From: an uncultured Bacillota bacterium
Lineage (GTDB): Bacteria; Bacillota; Clostridia; Christensenellales; UBA1242
Direction: 5' to 3'
Assembly (NCBI GenBank): GCA_949289785.1
Contig: CASEOW010000035.1
Location: 13,851-77,850, forward strand
DNA: 64,000 nucleotides
Made by a program: the position numbers and the translations under genes. The stretch's first letter is position 1. Each line of letters opens with the position of its first letter. Shown one piece after another: positions 18,845 to 29,250 of the stretch. The notes beneath the pieces are model-generated. The model was given only the letters and a program-made list of their open reading frames with translations, ran no database searches and had not been told where the DNA came from.

Positions 18845-20821
18845 CTATTTCCAGTATTTTATTAACATATATCTTTTTGTGTAATATCTTACAGGAAGAA
18901 TAATTAAAGATAAAATAATAGGAAGAATCAAAGTTGTAGAATATCTACTAAACGAAGTAGGTGATAGTCCAAATATAAAATTTAGACCTATTATAAGTCC
19001 ACAAATTCCAATAGTTAATAACCATAGTTGCCATTGTGGCATCATTTTAGATGGTAGCCAACTTTTATATCGATAAAAATTATAAAATTTAATTATTACA
19101 TCTACTATAAATAAAGAAGGAAGTAAAATAAACATAAAATTTGTATTAATGTTTAAAAGATTATTTTTTAACGATATAATGTAGAATATAACTGAGCATG
19201 TAACTGCTAAGACAAAGATAGCACAAGATAAACAAAGCATCAATTTATTTGTATTGTGTTCATTTTTTTCTGCAGGCTTTTTATAAATGTTAAAAGATAT
19301 ATTTTGATTATTATAAAAGCTTTTAAGATCATTATAATCATATAAAGCATCTTCTCTAATTTGTTCGTCTTGCGCAGTTTTAGATTTTGAATACAATTTA
19401 GTCAAAATATCCTTATGAGAAGGATCTATAGATTTATCTCTTTTAGGAGCTGGCATCTGATTAGTATTAATAGGGGATTGCTGAGCTATTTTTAATTTTG
19501 GTGGTTCAATTTTTTTAGCTTTTTCTAGTTGACTTATATCTACTCTATTAGTAATAAACTTACCATCATCCGGTTTATCTTGAACTAAATCATTATTATT
19601 TTTTTCAATATTAAATATATTATTTAAACTGTTGTATCGAATTGAATTATCTGTATTTTTTCTTTCAATAATTTGGTTATAATTTTCAAATTGATTATTG
19701 TTTTTGTTATGTAATATAGAATTTTTGAATTCTTCTATGTTGTTTTTTGTTTTTTCATTTGATTTATATAATGGGTCAGTAGCAGTCATTGAAATTTGGT
19801 CTTCTGCAAAACTTCGTTTTCTTTTATATTTATTAATGTCTTTAGAAATGTCATATAATCTTTTATTATAATTTTCTATATCTTTATTGGATAAAAATAC
19901 AGCATCATCTTTAATTTCTGAAGAATCTTCTTTTAATTCATTACTTTGAATGATGTTGTTTTCTTGGGTTTTGTTGGTTTCTTGTAAAACTGGATTATTT
20001 ATTTGATTAATATTTAAAGATTCTTGATTGAAATTATTTTCTTCTATTATTTGACTTATTGAATTATTTTTAAAAATTTCATTTATAGAATTAATTTCAT
20101 TTTCGTTTTTAGAATTCTCCTGATTAAAATTTATGTTTAAATCAGAATTAATTGTGTTTTTATCAACTTCTTCATTATCATTAGATTCTTCAATAGGGGA
20201 GTTTAAAGTTTCAACTTTAATATCTTCAATCTCTGAATTTGAATTTTCCAAGTTATTTGAGGTAGGTGTATTATTTGTTTTTTTATTGTCTATATCAGAA
20301 AAATCAAAATAATCTTCTTCATCCTCATTCTCTGGATTTACATTCATTTCTTTTAAATTATTATCAAAATTTTCCATTCTTTGAGAACTTACATTTTCAT
20401 TGTTTAATCTATTACTATCGGAAATTATTGATATTTGTGAATTAGAAAATAGATTATTTTCATCTTGTTCATATTTAATATTAATATTTTGTATGCTGTT
20501 ACTATCATCTTTAAATTCACGAAAAACATCAATGTTATTTCTATCAAAGTATTCTTTTAAGTCTTGATAAAATTGTCTACCTTTTTCAGTGATAGAGTAA
20601 TATTTTCTATTTGGTCCTAAATCACTACTTTTTAAATATGAAGATACATATCCTTGTTTTTCCATTCTAGTTAAATTTGAGTATACGCTTGGTTTTTTCA
20701 AGTTGATAAAGCCATTGCTTCTTTGATTAATCTCACTTATAAAATCTAAGCCATAAAAATCTCTTTCTAACAAACAATTTAAAATTAAATAAGAAAGTTG
20801 TCCTTTTGCATAAAGATCCAT
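18845..20821 (-). CDS. PadR-type winged-helix protein with long Asn/Glu-rich linker and about four C-terminal TM helices (658 aa)
   Basis: N-terminal ILNCL...YG...VYSNLTRMEKQGYV....GPNRKYYSITEKG; low-complexity middle; four hydrophobic segments in the last ~135 aa; TTGACT-17-TATAAT promoter. Confidence 0.8.
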   Translation of the reverse strand: MDLYAKGQLSYLILNCLLERDFYGLDFISEINQRSNGFINLKKPSVYSNLTRMEKQGYVSSYLKSSDLGPNRKYYSITEKGRQFYQDLKEYFDRNNIDVFREFKDDSNSIQNINIKYEQDENNLFSNSQISIISDSNRLNNENVSSQRMENFDNNLKEMNVNPENEDEEDYFDFSDIDNKKTNNTPTSNNLENSNSEIEDIKVETLNSPIEESNDNEEVDKNTINSDLNINFNQENSKNENEINSINEIFKNNSISQIIEENNFNQESLNINQINNPVLQETNKTQENNIIQSNELKEDSSEIKDDAVFLSNKDIENYNKRLYDISKDINKYKRKRSFAEDQISMTATDPLYKSNEKTKNNIEEFKNSILHNKNNNQFENYNQIIERKNTDNSIRYNSLNNIFNIEKNNNDLVQDKPDDGKFITNRVDISQLEKAKKIEPPKLKIAQQSPINTNQMPAPKRDKSIDPSHKDILTKLYSKSKTAQDEQIREDALYDYNDLKSFYNNQNISFNIYKKPAEKNEHNTNKLMLCLSCAIFVLAVTCSVIFYIISLKNNLLNINTNFMFILLPSLFIVDVIIKFYNFYRYKSWLPSKMMPQWQLWLLTIGICGLIIGLNFIFGLSPTSFSRYSTTLILPIILSLIILPVRYYTKRYMLIKYWK

Positions 20822-21221
20822 AATTTTATTCCTCTAGGTTGATTATAAATCTATTTAATAATTTAGTCAACATTTTTTTGAGAATTTTGTCAAAACTATT
20901 ATGTCTTGCATACTAGTTAATTTTTATTAATATAAGGGGGAATTGGTTTTATTTTAGATAAAATCAAAATTTATAAGGGTAATTGAATATTAAATCTCAT
21001 TTATTAAAATTTATTAAAGTATTATAAACAAACAAAATTTATTAACAAAGTTAGTAAATTATATAAAAATAAAAAATAATTTTAAGTTTTTATAAATTTA
21101 ATTAATAATCAAAAGGGTTATGTTATAAAAATAAATGTTAAAATCAAAAAGCATTAAGGAATAATTTAAAAAGGGGTATTAAAAAAAATGATTGCTATTA
21201 TGCAAGATATAATATAAATAA

Positions 21222-21257
21222 AATCTATGCGTAAAACACAAGTTTTACGCATAGATT
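21222..21257. other. Candidate dif site (chromosome dimer resolution): perfect 15-6-15 inverted repeat
   Basis: AATCTATGCGTAAAA-CACAAG-TTTTACGCATAGATT at the gene-orientation switch, about 2.8 kb from an XerS-like gene. Confidence 0.72.
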
Positions 21258-21376
21258 AACACATACTAGCTTTATTATTAAAACTATTTTGTTATTTTTT
21301 TATAATTTTATTTATAATCATTTTTTAATATTTATTAATGATTTTTGAACAAATAAAATAAGTTTTAATAATTTTA

Positions 21377-22357
21377 TTAAGATTTATTTGTAATTACAGA
21401 ATTTATCATTTTATAAAAACCTAAACCTGAATTTTGACAAACTTCATCTTTATATATTGATAAAGAATTATTGTTTATTGATTTTACATCTTTTAATTTA
21501 TTGATAGATAAGTAATTTATAATTTTTAAAAAAACCTTAAAAATATCTTCACCAATATAAAAATTATTTGGAATTGAACATAAAATACTTTCTAAAAAGA
21601 TTTGATTACACATAGACAAATTTACATTAAAATATAAGTAATTAAATATTTTCAACATCTTAATGTAATTTTCCCCCACTTCACTAATTTTCTTTTCAAT
21701 GTTAGCAATTCTATTTTCTAAATTTATTTCTACAAAGCCTTTTTTCTTATTAACATAATATTTATATATATTTCCATCATAAATCATCGGATATATAACT
21801 ATTTTTGTATTAGCACCGAAATCATCTTTACCAACAAGTTCTAGCCTATCTTCGAATAAATAAGTTAAACTAGTTTCAGATAGAAATAATATTATTTTAG
21901 ATTGAAAATCTTCTACCAAATTTGATAAATTATATTTTGTAACATCAATAGGTTTGTTTGTAAATTGTAAATTTTCATCTTTATTTTTTTTAAATTTTTT
22001 CTTTTTTCTTTTTCTTCTATTAAAGATAGATTTTCTATTTCTCCAAGCTATTATAAATTTTTCTTTAAAGTTTTTCCAAAGTGATTCACCTTTAATAGTA
22101 TTTAATTCAAGTTGAGGATTATTGATTCCTAAAATGTAAATAAATGCTGAATTGTCAATTATGGCTCCAGTTAAAAGTTCATTTACTGGTTGTAAAATTG
22201 TATTTTTTAATGAAATAAAAGAAATTTGTTGTTCCATTTTTTCAATAGTAGCACCAACAATATTATTTATAAACTTATTAATTTGTTTTATATATTTTTT
22301 ATTTTCTAAGTTTGCGATATTATTGATAAGTTCTTTATTAATTGATATTTTATTCAT
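21377..22357 (-). CDS. Hypothetical protein, possible degenerate pol-beta/SMODS-like nucleotidyltransferase fold
   Basis: C-terminal part resembles CD-NTase helical lobes (Y.KMLKIF..FLESILCSIPN.F..F.KIINYL); no intact GS..DxD; ATG 22357 behind AAGGA. Confidence 0.55.
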   Translation of the reverse strand: MNKISINKELINNIANLENKKYIKQINKFINNIVGATIEKMEQQISFISLKNTILQPVNELLTGAIIDNSAFIYILGINNPQLELNTIKGESLWKNFKEKFIIAWRNRKSIFNRRKRKKKKFKKNKDENLQFTNKPIDVTKYNLSNLVEDFQSKIILFLSETSLTYLFEDRLELVGKDDFGANTKIVIYPMIYDGNIYKYYVNKKKGFVEINLENRIANIEKKISEVGENYIKMLKIFNYLYFNVNLSMCNQIFLESILCSIPNNFYIGEDIFKVFLKIINYLSINKLKDVKSINNNSLSIYKDEVCQNSGLGFYKMINSVITNKS

Positions 22358-22475
22358 GTACAATTCCTTATAAAATTTTAATATTAAAACATTGTGTAAA
22401 AATTTATTGTTTGTTAAATATAAAATATATATAAATAAATTAAATATTTAGAATAATAAAGTATTAGAAAAATAT

Positions 22476-23768
22476 TTATTTTTTGTTTTTAGGGTAAATT
22501 CTTTCTATTCCACCAAGGTATGGTTGTAATGCTTTAGGAATGTTAACACTTCCATCTTCATTCATGTTATTTTCCATAAATGCTATTAAAGCTCTTGTTG
22601 AAGCTAAAACAGTATTATTTAAAGTATGAACAAAATATGTTCCATTTTCTCCTTTAGCTCTAATACCTAATCTTCTTGCTTGTGCATCGCCTAAAGTTGA
22701 ACAAGAACCAACTTCAAAATATTTCTTTTGTCTTGGACTCCAAGCTTCTACATCACAACTTTTAACTTTTAAATCAGCAAGGTCGCCACTGCAACATTCT
22801 AAAGTTCTAACAGGAATATTTAAATTTCTAAATATTTCTACTGTATATGCCCACATTTTGTTATACCATTGCATGCTATCTTCAGGTTTACATATTACAA
22901 TCATTTCTTGTTTTTCGAATTGATGGACTCTGTAAATACCTCTTTCATCTAAACCATGTGCACCTATTTCTTTTCTAAAACAAGGGCTGTAAGAAGTCAT
23001 TGTTATTGGCAATTCGCTTTCCTTTAAAATTTGATTTTTAAATTTACCAATCATACTATGTTCGCTAGTACCAATTAAATATAAATCTTCTCCTTCTATT
23101 TTATACATCATTGCGTCCATTTCAGCAAAACTCATAACACCATTTACAACATCTCCACGAATCATAAAAGGTGGAATGCAATAAGTAAATCCTTGATTAA
23201 TCATATAATCTCTTGCGTAATTAATCATTGCAGAAACAATTCTAGCTGGTTCTCCTATTAAATAATAAAATCCTGTACCACTAGTTCTTCCAGCACTTTC
23301 TTTATCAAGTCCATTGAAACTTTCTAAAATATCGGCATTATAAGGAACTTCAAAATTAGGTATTGTTGGTTCTCCAAATTTTTCTATTTCAACATTTTCG
23401 CTATCATCTTTTCCTATTGGAACAGAAGAATCAATAATGTTAGGAATGGTCATCATAATAGATTTAATTTCTTCATTAATAACTAAGAGTTCTTTTTCAA
23501 TAGCTTCAATTTTTTCATTATTTTTTCGAACAATTTCTTTAAGTTCATTGGCTTTATCAATATTTTTTTCTTTCATTAAATTACCAATTTGAGAACTTAA
23601 TGTATTTCTACTTGCTCTTAATGAATCACTTTCTTGTTTTAAAACTCTTGATTTATTGTCTAACTCAATAACCTTATCAACATTTTTAATTTTTTCATCT
23701 TGAAATTTTTTTCTTATATTCTCTTTTACTAATTCAGGATTTGTTCTTATTAAATTTATATCAATCAT
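22476..23768 (-). CDS. serS: Serine--tRNA ligase
   Basis: MIDINLIR, LIGTSEH, CFRKEIGAHG, RVHQFEKQE, VHTLNNT. Confidence 0.98.
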   Translation of the reverse strand: MIDINLIRTNPELVKENIRKKFQDEKIKNVDKVIELDNKSRVLKQESDSLRASRNTLSSQIGNLMKEKNIDKANELKEIVRKNNEKIEAIEKELLVINEEIKSIMMTIPNIIDSSVPIGKDDSENVEIEKFGEPTIPNFEVPYNADILESFNGLDKESAGRTSGTGFYYLIGEPARIVSAMINYARDYMINQGFTYCIPPFMIRGDVVNGVMSFAEMDAMMYKIEGEDLYLIGTSEHSMIGKFKNQILKESELPITMTSYSPCFRKEIGAHGLDERGIYRVHQFEKQEMIVICKPEDSMQWYNKMWAYTVEIFRNLNIPVRTLECCSGDLADLKVKSCDVEAWSPRQKKYFEVGSCSTLGDAQARRLGIRAKGENGTYFVHTLNNTVLASTRALIAFMENNMNEDGSVNIPKALQPYLGGIERIYPKNKK

Positions 23769-24023
23769 ATTTTATATCTTCTCCTTTTATTTCTTTAATT
23801 TTCTTTGAATCAGGTAAAAAAAATTAAATATATTTTTAAACATTATTAAAAAAGTTTAATAATGTTTTTATTAAAGTTTTTAATTTATTTTCACTCAAAT
23901 ATAGTATACTTTTATTTTAATCGTAAGTCAATTATTATTTTAAAATATGCTTTAAATATAACAAGATTTGTAGGTTTTTAAAAATTCTTAAAAGAAGAAT
24001 TTAAAACTTTTTATAATTAAGTA

Positions 24024-24081
24024 TTTTACGCATAGATATTTAATGAAATTAGTTGATTTTAAAAAATTTATGTGATAAAAT
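24024..24081 (+). promoter_or_regulatory. Recombinase promoter with an upstream dif-arm half-site
   Basis: TTTTACGCATAGAT (24024-24037) is identical to the right arm at 21243-21256; TTGATT-17-TAAAAT with TGn extension (24053-24081). Confidence 0.7.
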
Positions 24082-24087
24082 TTAAAA

Positions 24088-25125
24088 ATGGAAAAAGTAA
24101 GTTTTTATCAAAAAAGAGATTTAAATAATAGAATAAAAATGTCTAAATATTTGGAATTACTCCCCGATTATTGTTTAGATTATTTCATCGGAATTGAGAA
24201 TAATACTTCATCGTTAACAAGATATAATTATGCTATGGATTTGTATGTCTTTTTTAATTATATCTCTAATTATGTTTTTCATAAAAAGGAAAATTTAATT
24301 AATTTAACTGATTTAGATAACCTTAAATCTAAAAATATTGAACAATATTTATCTTATTTAACATACTATCAATTAGACAATAAATATTATAAGAATGATG
24401 AAAAAGGAAAAGCTAGAAAGCTTGCATCATTAAGAAGTTTTTTTAAATATCTTTTTAATCATGATTTAATTAAAGCAAATGTCGCAAGTAAAATTGATAC
24501 TCCTAAATTACATAATAAAGAAATAGTAAGATTAGAACAAGATGAAGTAACAAGGCTATTAAATGCTGTTGAGTCCCCTAGTGAATTTACTAACAGACAG
24601 AAAGAATATAATAAAAATACTTTTGAAAGAGATAATGCAATCATAACATTGTTTTTAGGAACTGGGATAAGAATTTCAGAACTTGTAGGATTGAATTTAG
24701 AAAGTTTTGATTTTACTCAAAATGCATTTTTAGTTACTAGAAAAGGTGGAAATCAAACCATGTTATATTTTTCTAATGAAGTTGCAATGGTTTTAAAAAC
24801 ATGGCTTGAAAAGAGAGCTACACTTCCACTAGATAAAAATGAAAATGCCATGTTTATATCTTTACAAAATAAAAGAATTTCAATTAGAGCAGTTGAAAAT
24901 TTGGTGAAAAAATTTGCACAAATTGCTAGTCCATTAAAAAAAATATCCCCACATAAATTAAGAAGTACATTTGGAACTAATCTTTATAAAGAAACACGAG
25001 ATATTTATATTGTTGCAGATGTTTTAGGTCATAAAGATGTTAATACAACAAGGAAACATTATGCTGCAATAAGTGAAGATATGAGAAAAAGTGTTGCAGA
25101 AAAAGTAAAATTAGGAAATAGCTAA
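24088..25125 (+). CDS. Tyrosine recombinase, XerS/XerC-like (345 aa)
   Basis: Intact catalytic set R (GIRISE), K (VTRKGG), HKLR, H (LGH), Y (KHY); SAM-like N-terminal domain; no mobile-element neighbours. Confidence 0.92.
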   Translation: MEKVSFYQKRDLNNRIKMSKYLELLPDYCLDYFIGIENNTSSLTRYNYAMDLYVFFNYISNYVFHKKENLINLTDLDNLKSKNIEQYLSYLTYYQLDNKYYKNDEKGKARKLASLRSFFKYLFNHDLIKANVASKIDTPKLHNKEIVRLEQDEVTRLLNAVESPSEFTNRQKEYNKNTFERDNAIITLFLGTGIRISELVGLNLESFDFTQNAFLVTRKGGNQTMLYFSNEVAMVLKTWLEKRATLPLDKNENAMFISLQNKRISIRAVENLVKKFAQIASPLKKISPHKLRSTFGTNLYKETRDIYIVADVLGHKDVNTTRKHYAAISEDMRKSVAEKVKLGNS

Positions 25126-25294
25126 TAATTAGCAATAATAATGTTGAAATTTGACAAACAATTTCAAACGATAACAAAAAATGAAGTCAAACAACTTGAA
25201 TATTTCAAATACATTTGACTTCTTTTTTATGTGAAGCATATCTCCTTCACACTATTATATTATGCAGTTTTAACAAAATTATGCAAAATAATTT

Positions 25295-26452
<1,158 letters not shown>

Positions 26453-26486
26453 CTACATATTGTATTTAATATGTAAATAATACATA

Positions 26487-27566
26487 CTACATAATAAACA
26501 TTGCATCTCCAAAAGAAAAAAATCTATATCTTTCATTAACAGCTTCATGGTATATATACATTGTTTCTTTATATCCTGCAAAAGCTGAAACCAACATTAT
26601 TAATGTGCTTTCTGGTAAATGAAAGTTTGTAATAAGCGCGTCAACAACTTTAAATTTATAAGATGGATATATAAAAATATTTGTTTCTCTTTTTTGTGGT
26701 ATGATTTTCCCGTTTTGATCTGCACAACTTTCAAGTACTCTTACTGAAGTAGTTCCTACTGCAATTATTCTTCGTCCTTCTGATTTAGCTTTGTTTAGTT
26801 TTAATGCGTTTTCTTCACTCATTTCAATATATTCGCTATGCATTTTATGTTCTAGTATATTTTCTTCTTTTACTGGTCTGAAGGTTCCTAATCCTACATG
26901 AAGCAATACTTCTACAATTTCTATACCTTTTTCTTTTATATTATTTAATAATTCATTTGTAAAATGCAGTCCTGCTGTAGGTGCAGCTGAAGAACCTGAA
27001 ATTTTTGAATATACTGTCTGATATCTATTTTTATCTTTTAGTTTTTCATGAATGTATGGTGGTAATGGTATTTGGCCTACTTCACTTAATCTTTCTTCAA
27101 AAACACCTTCAAAATTAAATTTAATTTTACAAAGTCCATATTCAGATTTTTCAATAATTTCACAGGATAAATTTTGACTAAATTCTAGAATTGTTCCTAC
27201 TTTAATTCTTTTAAATGGTTTAGCAATAGCTTCCCAACTTTTCAAATCAATTCTTTTTTGCAATAAAACTTCAATTTTAGCACCTGTATTTTTAAAACCA
27301 AAAAGTCTTGCCGGTAATACTTTAGTGTTATTGATTACTAGAATATCCCCTGCTTTAAGATAATTAATAATATCTTTAAAAATTTTATGTTCTATTTGTT
27401 TATTTTTTCTATTATAAACTAAAAGTCTAGAATTATCTCTTGGTTCTATAGGTGTTTGTGCAATTAAAGATTCTGGTAGATCATAGTAATAGCTACTTTT
27501 TTTCATTAAATCTAATTGATTATTAATATTATCATTTGTAAGTTCTATTTCGTTATTTATGTTCAT
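26487..27566 (-). CDS. queA: S-adenosylmethionine:tRNA ribosyltransferase-isomerase
   Basis: LIAQTP, PLPPYI, AAPTAGLHF, YRFFSFGDAM. Confidence 0.99.
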   Translation of the reverse strand: MNINNEIELTNDNINNQLDLMKKSSYYYDLPESLIAQTPIEPRDNSRLLVYNRKNKQIEHKIFKDIINYLKAGDILVINNTKVLPARLFGFKNTGAKIEVLLQKRIDLKSWEAIAKPFKRIKVGTILEFSQNLSCEIIEKSEYGLCKIKFNFEGVFEERLSEVGQIPLPPYIHEKLKDKNRYQTVYSKISGSSAAPTAGLHFTNELLNNIKEKGIEIVEVLLHVGLGTFRPVKEENILEHKMHSEYIEMSEENALKLNKAKSEGRRIIAVGTTSVRVLESCADQNGKIIPQKRETNIFIYPSYKFKVVDALITNFHLPESTLIMLVSAFAGYKETMYIYHEAVNERYRFFSFGDAMFIM

Positions 27567-27614
27567 ATATTTTCCTTAATTAACGTTACTTAATTTATTT
27601 TTGTTATTAGCATT

Positions 27615-28622
27615 TTATTTATCTAAATAAGGTAAACCAAAATGTTTGTATGCAGGCTCTAATGCTACCCTACCTCTTGGAGTTCTAGATATAAAACCTA
27701 ATTGTAAAAGATAAGGCTCATAGACATCTTCAATAGTAGAAGAATCTTCACTTATTGTTGCGGCTAATGTTTCAAGTCCAACTGGACCACCTGCAAATTT
27801 GTTTATTATAGAAATCATAATTTTTCTGTCTATTGTATCTAGACCTAAATCGTCAATTTCCATTATTTTAAGTGTTTTATCTGTAATTGCTTTTGAAATT
27901 ATCCCTTCTCCTATAACCTGAGCATAATCTCTAACTCTTTTTAGCAATCTATTTGCTATTCTTGGAGTTCCTCTTGACCTTTTTGCAATTTCATTACAAG
28001 CATTTTCTTCAATTTCGATACCTAATATTTTAGCTGACCTTTTTATAATTATAGCCAATTCATCTTCACTATATAATTCTAGTCTGCAAATAACCCCAAA
28101 GCGATCTCTTAATGGATTTGTAAGCATTCCAGCTCTAGTTGTTGCACCAATTAATGTAAAAGGTTTTATTTTTAATCTCATATTTCTAGCACTAGGTCCT
28201 TTTCCTACAATGAAATCTAATGCAAAATCTTCCATAGCTGGATATAAAATTTCTTCAACATTTTTGTTTAATCTATGAATTTCATCTATAAATAAAACAT
28301 CGTTTTGATTTAAATTAGTAAGTATTGCTGCTAAATCTGCTGCGTGTTCTATTGCCGGTCCTGAAGTTACTTTAAATTGTGAACCTAGTTCATTAGCTAT
28401 AATATGACTTAAAGTAGTTTTACCAAGCCCTGGAGGTCCATACAATAAAACATGGTCTAGACTTTCTTTTCTAGATTTTGCCGCTTGTATATAAACTGAA
28501 AGTGCCTCTTTTACTTTGCTTTGTCCTATGTATTCATCAAAAGAATTTGGTCTTAAAGAATTTTCAATTTCAGCATCAGTCATATTTTTTGTGCTTGTAA
28601 CAAATCTATTTATATCTTCCAT
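27615..28622 (-). CDS. ruvB: Holliday junction branch migration helicase RuvB
   Basis: [37 protein letters not shown]. Confidence 0.99.
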   Translation of the reverse strand: MEDINRFVTSTKNMTDAEIENSLRPNSFDEYIGQSKVKEALSVYIQAAKSRKESLDHVLLYGPPGLGKTTLSHIIANELGSQFKVTSGPAIEHAADLAAILTNLNQNDVLFIDEIHRLNKNVEEILYPAMEDFALDFIVGKGPSARNMRLKIKPFTLIGATTRAGMLTNPLRDRFGVICRLELYSEDELAIIIKRSAKILGIEIEENACNEIAKRSRGTPRIANRLLKRVRDYAQVIGEGIISKAITDKTLKIMEIDDLGLDTIDRKIMISIINKFAGGPVGLETLAATISEDSSTIEDVYEPYLLQLGFISRTPRGRVALEPAYKHFGLPYLDK

Positions 28623-29209
28623 TAGCTTTTATACCCCCTTAGAGCTTTTGATATAATTTCTTCTGCTGTTGCATTTTCACTTGCATTAGCCCTTGCTAGC
28701 ATATATGCTTCATTTTTATTAATTCCTAAGCTTATTAAAGTATCAGTAGCCATGTTTACAGCATCTTCGTCAAAAGATTCAGCAAAAGAACTATCATTTT
28801 CAGAAGTTGGTGAAATTTTATCTTTTAACTCTAGGCATATTCTTTCTGCAGTCTTTTTACCTAAACCTTTTATTTTTGATAATAATTTTGTATCTTCTTT
28901 TATTATCGCAGTTGCAAGATCTGATATAGAAAGACCAGATAAAATTTGAATTGCCATTTTAGGACCAACTCCACTGACTGTTATCAATTTATAAAACAAA
29001 TCCCTTTCTTCGTTACAAGAAAAACCATATAAAGATATTCCATCTTCTCTTACACCCATATAAGTAAATACTTTTATTGTTTCACCTATTAAAGGCAATG
29101 TAGACAAAGAATTATTTGAAATTAGTAGTTCAAAACCTACTCCTCCTACATTGATAACAATTTGATTTTCTCTTTTTTCTTCTAAAATACCTACTAAAAA
29201 CGAAATCAT
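28622..29209 (-). CDS. ruvA: Holliday junction branch migration protein RuvA
   Basis: [24 protein letters not shown]. Confidence 0.98.
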   Translation of the reverse strand: MISFLVGILEEKRENQIVINVGGVGFELLISNNSLSTLPLIGETIKVFTYMGVREDGISLYGFSCNEERDLFYKLITVSGVGPKMAIQILSGLSISDLATAIIKEDTKLLSKIKGLGKKTAERICLELKDKISPTSENDSSFAESFDEDAVNMATDTLISLGINKNEAYMLARANASENATAEEIISKALRGYKS

Positions 29210-29250
29210 GATTTTTCCTTTTATATTGATTAATATTAAAAATATATAAA

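Noticed and set aside
19500..20520. Tandem repeat or CRISPR-like array in the Asn-rich region
   Set aside because: Only low-complexity coding sequence; no fixed-length repeat-spacer pattern seen here or elsewhere in the window
21222..21257. The palindrome as an ordinary terminator for the 21377-22357 gene
   Set aside because: It is about 120 bp from the stop, has only a weak interrupted T-tract, has an AAAA-N6-TTTT core, and one arm is repeated at the recombinase promoter; not fully excluded
21377..22357. Functional CBASS anti-phage system
   Set aside because: Catalytic motif absent and no effector or cap genes adjacent
24088..25125. Prophage or ICE integrase
   Set aside because: No phage, conjugation or excisionase genes and no att duplication; flanked by serS and tgt
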